A stretch of 64,000 nt of DNA, taken from a virus. Shown here one piece after another: positions 50,375 to 61,107 of this stretch. Location of the stretch: IMG/VR virus record IMGVR_UViG_3300032296_003821, positions 30,995-94,994 of that record. One strand, 5' to 3'. Every line of letters begins with the position of its first letter. The first letter of the stretch is position 1. Both the position numbers and the translations under genes were made by a program. The notes under the pieces were generated by a model, which did no database searches, was not told where the DNA came from, and was given only the letters and a program-made list of their open reading frames with translations.

Positions 50375-51103
50375 ATGAGTGAATTTAAATTACCTACTGA
50401 AGTAGTTGAATTGCCTTCTAAAGGTTTACTTTATCCTGAAGATTCTGAATTAGCAAAAGGTACAGTTGAAATCAAATATATGACTGCTAAGGAAGAAGAC
50501 ATCCTTACAAATCAATCATATATTAAAAATGGTACAGTACTTGACAAATTACTTAAATCATTGATTGTATCAAAAATTAATTTTGATGATCTACTAATTG
50601 GTGATAAAAATGCAATTATGATTGCAGCCCGTATTCTAGGATATGGTTCAGAATATTCGTTTGACTATTTAGGAGAATCCCATACTGTAGATTTATCCCA
50701 AATGGAAAATAAACCTCTTAAAGAAGAATTATTTAAAGATCGCAAAAACGAATTTTTATTTACCCTCCCTAAATCAGGTAATGTAGTTACTTTTAAAATT
50801 TTAACTCATAAAGATGAACAAGATATTTCTCGTGAATTAGAAGGTCTAAAGAAAATTAATAAAGATGCATCTCCCGAACTTTCAACTCGTTTAAAATATA
50901 TTATTACCTCAGTAAATGGAGATTATGAACGAAAATCTGTTCGAGAGTTTGTCGATGGGTATTTGTTAGCCCAAGATTCTCGGGCATTAAGAGAATATAT
51001 TAAAGAAGTTCAGCCAGATGTTGATCTAACTTTTTTTCCCGACGGGTCTGACATTAGAATCAATATCCCAATTGGGGTTAGCTTTTTTTGGCCTGACATT
51101 TGA
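50375..51103 (+). CDS. Tail assembly chaperone / baseplate hub assembly protein (T4 gp26-like)
   Basis: VELPSKGLLY; MTAKEEDIL; LLIGDKNAIMIAARILGYG; DSRALR; ends SFFWPDI; precedes the tape measure. Confidence 0.8.
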   Translation: MSEFKLPTEVVELPSKGLLYPEDSELAKGTVEIKYMTAKEEDILTNQSYIKNGTVLDKLLKSLIVSKINFDDLLIGDKNAIMIAARILGYGSEYSFDYLGESHTVDLSQMENKPLKEELFKDRKNEFLFTLPKSGNVVTFKILTHKDEQDISRELEGLKKINKDASPELSTRLKYIITSVNGDYERKSVREFVDGYLLAQDSRALREYIKEVQPDVDLTFFPDGSDIRINIPIGVSFFWPDI

Positions 51104-51410
51104 TGCAGCAGCTCAAGTAAGAGCAGCTTTGTTTAAACAAATTCACGAAATAGTTTTCCACGGTAAAGGAGGATATGATTGGAATACAATCTATAATATG
51201 CCTGTTTGGCTTCGTCGTTTTACTTTTAATGAAATACAAAAGTATTACAAAGAAGAAAAAGAAGTTATAGAAAATAAAGGCAAAAAAGGCAGCCAAACTG
51301 TAATCAGTTCTGATGGTAAGATTAAAACCCCAGAACTTCTACAAAAATCAGTAAACCAACCACCACAAAAATTTACTCCCCCACCAAAAAGACCAATAAG
51401 TTATAAATAA
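51084..51410 (+). CDS. T4 gp51-like chaperone segment, probably reached by a +1 frameshift from the upstream ORF
   Basis: QIHEIVFHGKGGYDWNTIYNMPVWLRRF; no ATG before this conserved-looking part; in the +1 frame relative to ORF 50375 at the T7 run 51083-51089. Confidence 0.6.
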   Translation, partial: FFGLTFDAAAQVRAALFKQIHEIVFHGKGGYDWNTIYNMPVWLRRFTFNEIQKYYKEEKEVIENKGKKGSQTVISSDGKIKTPELLQKSVNQPPQKFTPPPKRPISYK

Positions 51411-51414
51411 TTAA

Positions 51415-51422
51415 TATTTATA
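51415..51422 (+). promoter_or_regulatory. Putative late promoter
   Basis: ATATTTATAA upstream of the tape measure gene. Confidence 0.55.
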
Positions 51423-51433
51423 ATAAAAAATAA

Positions 51434-54043
51434 ATGGCTTTAACTCCTGAAGAACAACAACGAAAATTAAATAGTCTTATACGGGAAGGTATTCAATTGG
51501 CTAGACAGTTGAATGACACTCAACAAGAGGCAAGTTTTCAAAACTTTACTGGAAGTCTTACTGATGCTGAACGTTTAGTTGGTTCTTTAAGAGATGAATG
51601 GGCTGAATATACTAGAGATGTTGCTGGGACTGCTTTAAATTTTCAAAGAATTGTAGATGAAATTAAAGCCATGAACAGTGGCACCAAAATTTCCCAACAA
51701 GCATTTTCAGGTTTAAATAGTTTAGCTCAAAGATTACAATCCCATCAAGAAGGGATAAGTAAATTATCTTCTAAAGAAATTAAAAATTTAAAAGATAAGG
51801 TAAAAAACAAAGTAAACGAATTAAAACTTGCTAAAGATCTTTTATCTGATCAATTATCCCAATCTAACCTTTCAGATGCTGAAAGAGCAAAAGCCCAAGC
51901 AGCATATGATAATATTGAAAACTCTCTTTATAATACTACCAGTGCTCTTCATCAACTTAACACTCAACTAAAAGTAGCAGCTGAAGAAGCTGAGACATTA
52001 GAAGATGCTTTAGGATTAGGAGGTAATGCCTTAAAAGGCATGCAAGAAACCATGAGCAAACTTGGTCTTGGTGGTTTAGCAGATAAATTAGGTTTAGATG
52101 AAGCTAATGAAGCCATGGAAGAAATGGCTGCTAAGTTAACTAATAATGGTGAAAAAGTTGCAACTTTAGGAGATAAATTTAAGATATTAGGAGCAGGAAT
52201 GAAATCTGCTTTTTCAAATTTATCAAAAAATCTATTAGACCCTAAAGTATTAATTACAGAATTTGTAGCTACATTACAACAAGCAGATGAAGCTACGGGC
52301 AAATTAGCTAAAGATTTTAACCTGACATATTCTGAAGCTCTCTCTACTCGAAGAGAACTTAGTAATATGGCTGCATTATCTGGAGACGTAGCAGTTAATA
52401 CTAAAGGTTTACAAGAATCTATGGTAGCTGTTGGACAATCTTTAGGTACTAATGCCCAACTTAATCAAAAAGATTTAATAACATTTACTAAATTACGTGA
52501 ACAAGCTGGATTTACTAATGATGAATTAGTAGGAATACAAAAATTATCTTTAGTAAATAATAAAACATTAGAAGAAAATACAAAAGAAATTTTAGGTGGT
52601 GCCGAGGCATATGCTACTAGAAATGGATTTGTTGTAAATGAAAAAGATGTACTACGAGAAGTATCAAAAGCATCAGCTTCATTAAAGTTAACATTAGGTG
52701 GAAGTGCTGAAGCCGTAGCTGTTGCTGCTGTTAAAGCTAAACAATTTGGTTTAAATCTAGAACAAGCTGAAAAAATATCTGAAAGCTTACTTCAATTTGA
52801 ATCCTCTATTGAAAATGAATTAAGTGCCGAATTACTAACTGGTAAAAATTTAAATCTTGAACGAGCAAGATCATTAGCTTTAGAAGGTAAAACAGCAGAT
52901 GCTGCCGCTGAAATAGCAAAACAAGTAGGTACTTCTAGGGATTTTGCTAAAATGAACGTTATTCAACAAGAAGCTTTAGCTAAAGCAGCGGGAATGACTA
53001 GAGATGAATTAGCCCAATCTTTAATGGACCGAGAAGCTCTTACCAAACTATCAGCTAAAGAAGGAGAAACAGCACAACAGGCATTTGATAGAAGAGTTAA
53101 AGAAGTAGGTTTAGAACAAGCTAAAAAAGAATTAGGTGATGAAGCTCTTTCAAATCAATTCGCTCAACAATCTGTTCAAGAACGATTTTTACAAGCTACT
53201 GAAAAATTAAAAGAAGTATTTGTTAGTATGGCTGAGCCTGTATTAGCTATTTTATCTCCTTTGTCTGATATAGTTTCTAGTGTTTTACCTTTAATCAATG
53301 TACTATTACAACCCATATTATTTACATTTCAAACTATAGGAAGTGTTGTATCTAGTATTTTTACTTGGCTTTCTGAATCTGAAGGATTAATATTAGGTTT
53401 AACATCTGCTGCTGTTGGTTTAGGAGTAGCTATGAATTATAATGCTCTAAAAGCAGGTGCTATGGTTGCTTACGAGGAAACTTTACTTCTGCTTAAAGGA
53501 GAAGGACTCCTCATGGAAAAAGGTAAAGCAGCAATCCAAGCAGTTCAATTAGGATACCAGGCTGCTATGGGAAGTATGGAAGCTAAAAGAGCTCTTATAG
53601 AAAAAGGAGGATTTATGAGATCTATAGGTGAAGCTATTATGAAAGTAATAAGCTCCCTAGCTAGCATCCCAGTAGTTGGTTGGGCTTTAGGTTTAGCAGC
53701 TGCTGGTACTGTAGCTGCATTAGGTTACAAATATATGAATGATGGAGTTATTTCTCCATCTTCCGGGGGTAGTGGATATGGTGATAGAGTTCTTTATGGT
53801 CCTGAAGGTGCGATTTCTTTTAATAATAAAGATACCATTGTAGCAGGAACAGATTTATTTAAAAAAGGTGATGATGTAGTATCTGCTCCTAAGAGCGCTA
53901 TAACTGTTGCTAACAGTACTGCACCTAAACCTGCACCTGTTGATTCTAACACATTATTAGCTAGTCAAATGAAACGTTCTAACGATTTAAAAGAACAAGA
54001 AATGAGAAGAGATAGAACAGTTTCAACATTGAGAATTCAATAA
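51434..54043 (+). CDS. Tape measure protein
   Basis: 869-aa helical Ala/Leu-rich protein; FESSIENELSAELLTGKNLNLERAR; hydrophobic C-terminal segments; follows the chaperones. Confidence 0.85.
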   Translation: MALTPEEQQRKLNSLIREGIQLARQLNDTQQEASFQNFTGSLTDAERLVGSLRDEWAEYTRDVAGTALNFQRIVDEIKAMNSGTKISQQAFSGLNSLAQRLQSHQEGISKLSSKEIKNLKDKVKNKVNELKLAKDLLSDQLSQSNLSDAERAKAQAAYDNIENSLYNTTSALHQLNTQLKVAAEEAETLEDALGLGGNALKGMQETMSKLGLGGLADKLGLDEANEAMEEMAAKLTNNGEKVATLGDKFKILGAGMKSAFSNLSKNLLDPKVLITEFVATLQQADEATGKLAKDFNLTYSEALSTRRELSNMAALSGDVAVNTKGLQESMVAVGQSLGTNAQLNQKDLITFTKLREQAGFTNDELVGIQKLSLVNNKTLEENTKEILGGAEAYATRNGFVVNEKDVLREVSKASASLKLTLGGSAEAVAVAAVKAKQFGLNLEQAEKISESLLQFESSIENELSAELLTGKNLNLERARSLALEGKTADAAAEIAKQVGTSRDFAKMNVIQQEALAKAAGMTRDELAQSLMDREALTKLSAKEGETAQQAFDRRVKEVGLEQAKKELGDEALSNQFAQQSVQERFLQATEKLKEVFVSMAEPVLAILSPLSDIVSSVLPLINVLLQPILFTFQTIGSVVSSIFTWLSESEGLILGLTSAAVGLGVAMNYNALKAGAMVAYEETLLLLKGEGLLMEKGKAAIQAVQLGYQAAMGSMEAKRALIEKGGFMRSIGEAIMKVISSLASIPVVGWALGLAAAGTVAALGYKYMNDGVISPSSGGSGYGDRVLYGPEGAISFNNKDTIVAGTDLFKKGDDVVSAPKSAITVANSTAPKPAPVDSNTLLASQMKRSNDLKEQEMRRDRTVSTLRIQ

Positions 54044-54050
54044 TATACAA

Positions 54051-54058
54051 TATTTATA
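54051..54058 (+). promoter_or_regulatory. Putative late promoter
   Basis: ATATTTATAA upstream of ATG 54074. Confidence 0.55.
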
Positions 54059-54073
54059 ATAAATTTATTAACT

Positions 54074-54289
54074 ATGGGACTTTTAGACAAATTAACTAAT
54101 GAAGGATCAGTATTGAGTGAATTTGATGGTACTACACCAAGTACTACTATTTATAATACACCTCAATCACCATTACACAACCAATATTCACTTAATGGTG
54201 CTCCGACTTTAACTGGGTTTCCAACACCATCACAGTTGGATTTAAATGGTGTAACTCCACCACAATACTTAAACAACCTACCTGAATAA
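54074..54289 (+). CDS. Small structural hypothetical protein
   Basis: MGLLDKL..GS; SQLDLNG.TP..YLNNLP. Confidence 0.6.
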   Translation: MGLLDKLTNEGSVLSEFDGTTPSTTIYNTPQSPLHNQYSLNGAPTLTGFPTPSQLDLNGVTPPQYLNNLPE

Positions 54290-54296
54290 AACTTGA

Positions 54297-56369
54297 ATGG
54301 GGCTTTTAATTAAATTACAAGATGGGGATACCCAACTGAAATCACTCAAGTTTGGTAAAGATAGACCAAATGGGGGTGATAGTGGTCAACCATTTGTACA
54401 AAAGTCCATTGATGGTAAACAAGGATCATTTACACAATTAGATAATGATTTTTTATGGCGTGGTGGTATTCGTGCTCCTTTAGCAGCAGCACAAGATACA
54501 TCTCGCTTAACTCAATTTTTGTTTAATATAAAAAGCCCTGACGGGTTTCTTTTTACTACAAAGCAAAATCTTTTATCTAGAACAGGTACTAAAACGGAAG
54601 CATCTAAAGGACTTGCTTATGGTAACAGTACAGTAAATGAAGGGATTTATAATCCATTATCTACAATTGCTCAAGCAGGAGTAAATTATCTTGGATTTCA
54701 TTACAACAAACAAGGAATTGACCCTACAGGAAATTTTCCTAATCTAGGAATCATAACCTACCAGGAAGCTTTACGTGATCAATCTGTTGAAAATTTTCAA
54801 GAAACTAATCGTTTAGTTAAACTAAATAATTTATTAGTTACTAATGATAATAGTACAACAGATTTTAATGGAGTTAAAAAATATAGTTTAAATGGTCCTG
54901 GAGAAAGTATAATACTTTCTTATAGTGGTGGTCCTGGTTCTCAAATCGGAACAGGTACAACATATATAAAATATGCAACTGATAATAAAGGAGTTGCCCC
55001 ATTAAAGACCGGAGTTAACCTCCCCCAACCAGGAAAACCTTTAGACCAAATTGAACAGTCTAAATTTCAATTACCCGTAGGAGTATCTTCTTTGTTTAAT
55101 AGTGCTTCAACCCAACAAGTACCTATTTTAGCCAACGAACAAACTAATGGTTTAGCCAATATACCTGGGTATAATTCATATGAATATAATTTTTCAAATG
55201 ATGTTTACCAATCAGGATCTTTAACACCTGTTGTAGGTATAGATTCTTATTTAACCCGTTCCCAAGCAATAATTGAAAGATCATCAGGAAGTGCAATATA
55301 TGTTTCTCCAATAAATAATCTTTTACGTGTTGCTGGAATAGGAACTACACCTGGAGTAGATGGTAGTGGGAGACAAATTGTAGTTGACCCAATTTACAAT
55401 GTTGCTTTAGGTCATTTTGTAGCAGTAGGAGCTAAAGATTCGGGAGATACATCACCTGGTACTATTTTAGGGCAATACTCATCTGAAAATACATTATTTA
55501 ATGATAATTTAAATCAAAAATATACAACTTCTCCTAAAGATCATAAAAAAGGATATTTAGCTAATTTAGATAAAAATAGTGGTTACTATTATGATCCACA
55601 AGGAAAACTTTCTTATGTACTAAATCAATACCCTAGAGGTATAGCTCCTGACTTTAGAAAAACTTCTCGTAAAATTAGAGGATTTAACGATACCCCTGAA
55701 GGTGATTTCACTAACTACGATAAAATCACTGAATCTTCAGATTACATCAGTGTAGGTGCAAAATTAGTTGATAAAATATATTATGGTTCAAATGCCCAAA
55801 AACGCATTTCGGCTCCTATTAATAATGGAAAAGATATAATCCCATTTAGAATTACTATAGTAGATCCATTAGCTCCAAATTCAAAATCTACTCCATTAAA
55901 TTTTAGAGCCTATATTGATGATTTTTCAGATGATTATTCAGCCGATTGGACTAGTCAAACATATATGGGTAGAGCAGAAAAATTTTATCGTTACACCGGA
56001 TTTGATAGAAGTATTAATTTAAGTTTTACAATTGTTGCTGATAGTAAAAATAATCATTCAATAATGTATGAACAATTAAATACTTTAGCTGCATCTTTAG
56101 CCCCAACATATACAAGTGCTGGTTATATGGCTGGTAATTTACATCAGATTACCTTAGGAGATTATTTAGTTAATCAATGGGGTGTACTAACAGGCCTATC
56201 TTTCACCCCAGATGATGAATCTCCTTGGGGAGTTGAATCAGGAATGCAACTTCCCTTTTATATTAAAGTAACTGGTCTTAAATTTAATGTCATTCATAAC
56301 TTTAGACCTGAATCGTATTTTAATAAACCTCATAGATATATAGCACAAACCGCAGATACTAATGGCTAG
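54297..56369 (+). CDS. Baseplate/tail-tube initiator-like protein
   Basis: C-terminal FRAYIDDFSDDYSADW...YMGRAEKFYRYTGFDRSINLSF...ITLGDY, a tube-like fold typical of baseplate proteins. Confidence 0.65.
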   Translation: MGLLIKLQDGDTQLKSLKFGKDRPNGGDSGQPFVQKSIDGKQGSFTQLDNDFLWRGGIRAPLAAAQDTSRLTQFLFNIKSPDGFLFTTKQNLLSRTGTKTEASKGLAYGNSTVNEGIYNPLSTIAQAGVNYLGFHYNKQGIDPTGNFPNLGIITYQEALRDQSVENFQETNRLVKLNNLLVTNDNSTTDFNGVKKYSLNGPGESIILSYSGGPGSQIGTGTTYIKYATDNKGVAPLKTGVNLPQPGKPLDQIEQSKFQLPVGVSSLFNSASTQQVPILANEQTNGLANIPGYNSYEYNFSNDVYQSGSLTPVVGIDSYLTRSQAIIERSSGSAIYVSPINNLLRVAGIGTTPGVDGSGRQIVVDPIYNVALGHFVAVGAKDSGDTSPGTILGQYSSENTLFNDNLNQKYTTSPKDHKKGYLANLDKNSGYYYDPQGKLSYVLNQYPRGIAPDFRKTSRKIRGFNDTPEGDFTNYDKITESSDYISVGAKLVDKIYYGSNAQKRISAPINNGKDIIPFRITIVDPLAPNSKSTPLNFRAYIDDFSDDYSADWTSQTYMGRAEKFYRYTGFDRSINLSFTIVADSKNNHSIMYEQLNTLAASLAPTYTSAGYMAGNLHQITLGDYLVNQWGVLTGLSFTPDDESPWGVESGMQLPFYIKVTGLKFNVIHNFRPESYFNKPHRYIAQTADTNG

Positions 56370-56679
56370 ATATACTCAAATACCAATCATATCAACACCT
56401 GAAAATACTAATAGAAGATATATAAAGGTTAAATACCCTGAAATCCCCCGTGGACCTCAGGATATCTATGTGTATACTACTAAAGGTGATAGATTTGATT
56501 TATTAGCTCAATCATACTATGGAGATTCTTCTTTATGGTGGATTATAGCACTATGTAATTTAAATAATACAACCCCAGATTCAATTTATCCAAACGTTGG
56601 AGAACAAATTAGAATCCCTGCTTCTTCTAGAGTTGCAGGAATATTATCTGAATATGAAATTTTAAATAAAATAGTATAA
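56362..56679 (+). CDS. LysM-like baseplate protein (P2 gpX / T4 gp53-like)
   Basis: GDRFDLLAQSYYGDSSLWWIIA..N; GEQIRIP. Confidence 0.8.
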   Translation: MARYTQIPIISTPENTNRRYIKVKYPEIPRGPQDIYVYTTKGDRFDLLAQSYYGDSSLWWIIALCNLNNTTPDSIYPNVGEQIRIPASSRVAGILSEYEILNKIV

Positions 56680-56684
56680 TTGTT

Positions 56685-59600
56685 ATGCCAAATATTATAG
56701 GGGAACCTTTAAGACCATATGTCCAATCTCAAATCAAAGCACGTCAAGCTGCCCATGGTTCTGGGGTAAATGGAAATCGTACTCCTGAACAATTATCTTA
56801 TTTAAATTCCAAATCAGCCTGGGTAAAACTAGCTTCAGGTATTGCTGCTTCTGGTACAAGAACTCAATCAGAAAATCTTAGAAGTGGATTAAGCGGAATT
56901 ACTCTAGCTAAAAATTATGTTTTATTTGGAGGTATATCTCGTTTAGAAGGAAATAAATTAACCCCTAGAGGAAATGCTTCTAATAAAAATAATATATATG
57001 ATTGGTTTGATGGAGTTTATAATATAAATGCTCAAAACGACGCTCAATACAGTGGAGAAATGGGACTTGTTCCTATGCCTGGAATAATAGACGCCTCTAT
57101 AAAATGTGAAAACCGAGGATCTATTAAAAAAGCTACAGTAAACATTAAATGTTACAGTCCGGAACAATTTAAAATTTTAGATTTACTATATCTTAGAATC
57201 GGATATACAATGCTTCTTGAATGGGGTTGGGCTCCGTATTTAAATAATGGTGGAGGTTTAGAAAAAGGTTATTCTACTTTAATTGAAAATGAATTTTTTT
57301 CTAGTGATAAAGTATCTAATTTAGAATTTTTAGAAAAAATAGAAAATAAAAGAAAAGAACTTGATGGTAATTATGATGGATTACTATGTAGGGTAACAAA
57401 TTTTTCTTGGAATTTTAACCAAGATGGAACATATGATATTCAATTAAATCTAATTAGTTTAGGAGATATCATTGAATCTTTAAAAATTAATTTATCTCCT
57501 ACTAAAGAACTTTCTGAATATATTATAGGAGCATATAAACTTTATGGGGAAGAAACAATTGATGAAGAACAACTCAAAGAAAATCCTCCAGCACCATCAA
57601 CTAATATTATCTCAGCATATTTTTTTGTTCAAAGAATTTACTTAACTGAAAATTCAGAAAATGATAATTATTGGACTCATAATGATTGTGCTAGTACTGC
57701 GAATGGGGAAATAATTCAAGTTCCAACTAAAAAAATTATTCCTCCTGCAAAACAAATAATAGAAAGTAACCAAACAAAAGATGATTTTGTTTATTTTAAC
57801 TACAATACATTAGTAGATGATGAAGATGTATTAAATGATGATGGTTTTTACGTAAGATTTGGTCATCTTCTTGAATTTATTCAAGATAATTGTATATTTA
57901 AAATTAAAAATAAATTTGAAGATAGTATAAAAATAGATTTTGATGAGGAATCAAATAAAATGTATGTTTTTCCTTACCAAGTATCTTTAGATCCTCGTGT
58001 TTGTATAGTATCTAATACAGAAGAACTTGTAAAAACTAAAGAATATTATAAAGGACTCAAACCGTGGAAAGTTTTAGGAAGTAATCCCTATGGAAAAATG
58101 ATGAACATTTACCTTAATTGTAATATGGTAAATAGGATTATTACTGAAAAACAAGATGAAAATGGAAATATAGCTTTATTTGAATTGTTAGATAGTATAT
58201 GTACTGAATTAAATAAAGCTTTAGGAAATTTAAATAATTTAGATGTTTCTATAGATGAAGATACTTCTATTATCAAAATAATAGATGCTAGTTATGTTCC
58301 TGATATTTCAACAAATAATCAAGTATTAGAACTTTATGGATATGATGGTTCTACTTCTAATTTCGTTTATGATTTTAATATAAAAACAGAAATTACTAAT
58401 GATTTTGCTACAATGGCTTCCATTGGTTCAACAGCTGGGGGTTATGTTAAGGGAACAGAAAATACAATGTTTTCAAAATGGAATAAAGGATTAGTAGATC
58501 GATTTAAAGACGAATATGTCCCCCCAGCAAAATCGGTAGCTAAAAGTGAAGATATTAAAAAAGAACCCCCAATAATTTATGCTGAGGAGTTTTGGAATAA
58601 AAAATATGCTCCTTTTGGATTAACTCCTCCTCAAGATGTTGAAGCTGATCTTTTTACCTCAGATATTTGTGCATTAAGTGCTGAAAATATAGATAAAAAT
58701 TTAACTGTAGTTGATGAATTTTATAAATATTGCCAATATAAAATCCAACAACAACAAGAAAAATATGCATCTCCATCAACCGGTTTTATTCCTATTAGTT
58801 TAGGAATTACTCTTGAAGGGATCTCAGGAATCAAAATTTATAATTATATAGAAGTTTCTACTAGAATCCTCCCAGCTAATTACCCTGATTCATTAAAATT
58901 TATTATAAAAGGGGTTAACCATAAAATTGCTGATGGGAAATGGGAAACTGGAATTGAAACAGTTGTTATAGCTAATAATTTTAAAGAAGATGGTTCTCCT
59001 ATACTTTCTTATTCCCAAATAAAAGATATTGTATTAGCAACCATTAATGAAGGAGTTGCTAGCTCTAACAATCAAGACGCTGAAAGTAGAACATATACTC
59101 CTCCTGTAAGATTAGCTAATACTTCCCCTGAAGCATTAGCTGTAGCCGTATCTAGTGGAGCAGGACTTGCAGCAACTACTATAGGAGGTATTGGAAATAA
59201 AACCCTTGGAACAGCCGGTAAAAATGCATCTGTTGCTGATTTAAGTAGAGATGCTCTTTCTGCTCAAACAATTGAACAAATTGTTAAAGATTCTGGAGCT
59301 GGTAATTCTGTAACCGGGGGGATAATTAGATCTCGAATAGTAAAAATTGCAGCTTCATACGTAGGCCAATTCGAAATTGAAAACCCAGGAAAAAATATCC
59401 ATGGAGATGGCAGAACATACAGCCAAAACCCAGGGTGGTGGGATCCTGACTATCAAGCAAAATTTGCAAAAGCAAATCCTATTCTACAATATGGTAACTG
59501 GACTCCATCCCAACCTTGGTGTGCTTGGTTTTGTCAAGTTGTTTGGAGAGAAGCATATACTACTGGAAACGCATATGTTGATCCTCCTACTCAATATGCA

Positions 59601-60392
59601 ACTGAATATAAAAATATTTGGAATAATTATCTTTCTGCAGGGGGTGCTATAACTGCTGGTGTAGCATATGCTAAAACTAACTTCCAAAGACTTAAAAAGT
59701 TTATTACTTTGCAGGATGCTATAACTGGAAGATCTCTCCCTGAACCAGGTGATATAGCAGTTTATAGTTATGGTCACGTAGATTTAGTAGTTAAACCATT
59801 TATCACTGATGGTAAATTAACTGGATTCTCAGCTATTGGAGGAAATACAGGAGCAGGAGATGCTCGAAATGGTGGAGAAACTAAATATTATGCAAGAAAA
59901 GGAGATTGGAAATCCGTTGTTGGTTTTTGTAAAGTAATTGACCCTTTCAATCAAACCACAGACTACTCCTCAGCCCCTCCATCAGGATTACCTTCTGCTA
60001 ATAACTCAAATTCAACATCAAATTCTACTTCAAATCAACCAACATTTGAAGAACTTCAAGAAAAATCTGCAAGTGCATTTAATTCATTAGTATATCGTTT
60101 AGCTTTAATTTGGACATTAAAAGATAATTATGGTTCAAATGGAAAATATTTATTTTATAATTATAAAGGGGCAAATGATGATGAAGATGGAGCTGTAGAA
60201 GCTGCTAAAAATTGGATGAAAAAATCTGAACAACAAAATTTATTAAATAAATTAACTGATAAGGATCGAGAACAATTCAATAAATATCTTATTCAACTTT
60301 ATCAAAGAACCAAGTACGGAGGAAATAATATAACCTTTAAATCAGCATATAATAAAAAAGTTAAAGATAAAACTATAGACCCTGACTTTTAA
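56685..60392 (+). CDS. Baseplate hub protein with a CHAP/NlpC-P60-like peptidoglycan hydrolase domain
   Basis: Hub motifs PMPGI..; KKATVNIKC; LYLRIGYTMLLEWG; NYDG....VTNFSW; and later QPWCAWFC..PGDIAVY..GHVDLV...GGNT. Confidence 0.75.
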   Translation: MPNIIGEPLRPYVQSQIKARQAAHGSGVNGNRTPEQLSYLNSKSAWVKLASGIAASGTRTQSENLRSGLSGITLAKNYVLFGGISRLEGNKLTPRGNASNKNNIYDWFDGVYNINAQNDAQYSGEMGLVPMPGIIDASIKCENRGSIKKATVNIKCYSPEQFKILDLLYLRIGYTMLLEWGWAPYLNNGGGLEKGYSTLIENEFFSSDKVSNLEFLEKIENKRKELDGNYDGLLCRVTNFSWNFNQDGTYDIQLNLISLGDIIESLKINLSPTKELSEYIIGAYKLYGEETIDEEQLKENPPAPSTNIISAYFFVQRIYLTENSENDNYWTHNDCASTANGEIIQVPTKKIIPPAKQIIESNQTKDDFVYFNYNTLVDDEDVLNDDGFYVRFGHLLEFIQDNCIFKIKNKFEDSIKIDFDEESNKMYVFPYQVSLDPRVCIVSNTEELVKTKEYYKGLKPWKVLGSNPYGKMMNIYLNCNMVNRIITEKQDENGNIALFELLDSICTELNKALGNLNNLDVSIDEDTSIIKIIDASYVPDISTNNQVLELYGYDGSTSNFVYDFNIKTEITNDFATMASIGSTAGGYVKGTENTMFSKWNKGLVDRFKDEYVPPAKSVAKSEDIKKEPPIIYAEEFWNKKYAPFGLTPPQDVEADLFTSDICALSAENIDKNLTVVDEFYKYCQYKIQQQQEKYASPSTGFIPISLGITLEGISGIKIYNYIEVSTRILPANYPDSLKFIIKGVNHKIADGKWETGIETVVIANNFKEDGSPILSYSQIKDIVLATINEGVASSNNQDAESRTYTPPVRLANTSPEALAVAVSSGAGLAATTIGGIGNKTLGTAGKNASVADLSRDALSAQTIEQIVKDSGAGNSVTGGIIRSRIVKIAASYVGQFEIENPGKNIHGDGRTYSQNPGWWDPDYQAKFAKANPILQYGNWTPSQPWCAWFCQVVWREAYTTGNAYVDPPTQYATEYKNIWNNYLSAGGAITAGVAYAKTNFQRLKKFITLQDAITGRSLPEPGDIAVYSYGHVDLVVKPFITDGKLTGFSAIGGNTGAGDARNGGETKYYARKGDWKSVVGFCKVIDPFNQTTDYSSAPPSGLPSANNSNSTSNSTSNQPTFEELQEKSASAFNSLVYRLALIWTLKDNYGSNGKYLFYNYKGANDDEDGAVEAAKNWMKKSEQQNLLNKLTDKDREQFNKYLIQLYQRTKYGGNNITFKSAYNKKVKDKTIDPDF

Positions 60393-60403
60393 TACTTATT
60401 AAC

Positions 60404-61084
60404 ATGCCGTATTACCCATTATCCCAAATAAAATCTAATTTATACACTAATGGTGATGAATATATTTTATCTACTACTAAAGAAAATTATGTAGGATACT
60501 ACTATGAAGTTTCAAACGGAAAAAAATACACAGGAAAAACCCCACAAGATGGTTTAAATATTCTTCTTTTAAATTTAGTAAAAGATTTAAATGATTTTCC
60601 TAGAATTTCCCCAAATTCACCAGGTCTTACTCCATTTACATATTATAATTCGGTATTAACTTATTCTAAAACCCTATCTAATGGACAAACTCAAGAAGTA
60701 AGTTACCCTAGTGATGCTATTGATAAAAGTTATATCCAATCAAAACCATTACAACCAAGGGCTTTACCAACCCCCTCAGTAACTCAACCAACTCAAAAAG
60801 ACTACCAATTAGGAACATTTCAAAGATATTTTTGCAAAAAAAATAATGAAAATACTTATTTTGAAATAAATAAAAATACTTATGATTTACTTTCTACTAA
60901 TAACAATTCAATAGCTTGGGATCTTTATTCAGCAATTTATATAATGTGGTATCTTACAGGTAATAAAGATACAGTATTTAAAGCAAATAAAGGTTTAGTA
61001 GATGTAACTGAACGTACTCAAAAATGGTACGGATTCTCTCAATATTTTAAAGGCGATTTCTTAAAATATTACTTGGGTTCTTAA
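60404..61084 (+). CDS. Phage hypothetical protein (baseplate region)
   Basis: YYPLSQI..NLYTNG.E; Y.G.Y; PT..DY..G...RYF.KK.N. Confidence 0.6.
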   Translation: MPYYPLSQIKSNLYTNGDEYILSTTKENYVGYYYEVSNGKKYTGKTPQDGLNILLLNLVKDLNDFPRISPNSPGLTPFTYYNSVLTYSKTLSNGQTQEVSYPSDAIDKSYIQSKPLQPRALPTPSVTQPTQKDYQLGTFQRYFCKKNNENTYFEINKNTYDLLSTNNNSIAWDLYSAIYIMWYLTGNKDTVFKANKGLVDVTERTQKWYGFSQYFKGDFLKYYLGS

Positions 61085-61103
61085 AAATATGTTAGTATCT
61101 TTA
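61072..61103 (+). promoter_or_regulatory. Bacteroidota-type host-sigma promoter (near-leaderless transcript)
   Basis: CTTG (61072) - 20 nt - TATCTTTA (61096); ATG at 61108. Confidence 0.55.
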
Positions 61104-61107
61104 CAGC

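Noticed and set aside
51031-51037. Canonical -1 slippery heptamer T TTT TTT in the chaperone gene
   Set aside because: The -1 frame reaches TGA within a few codons, so a -1 shift cannot reach the downstream ORF.
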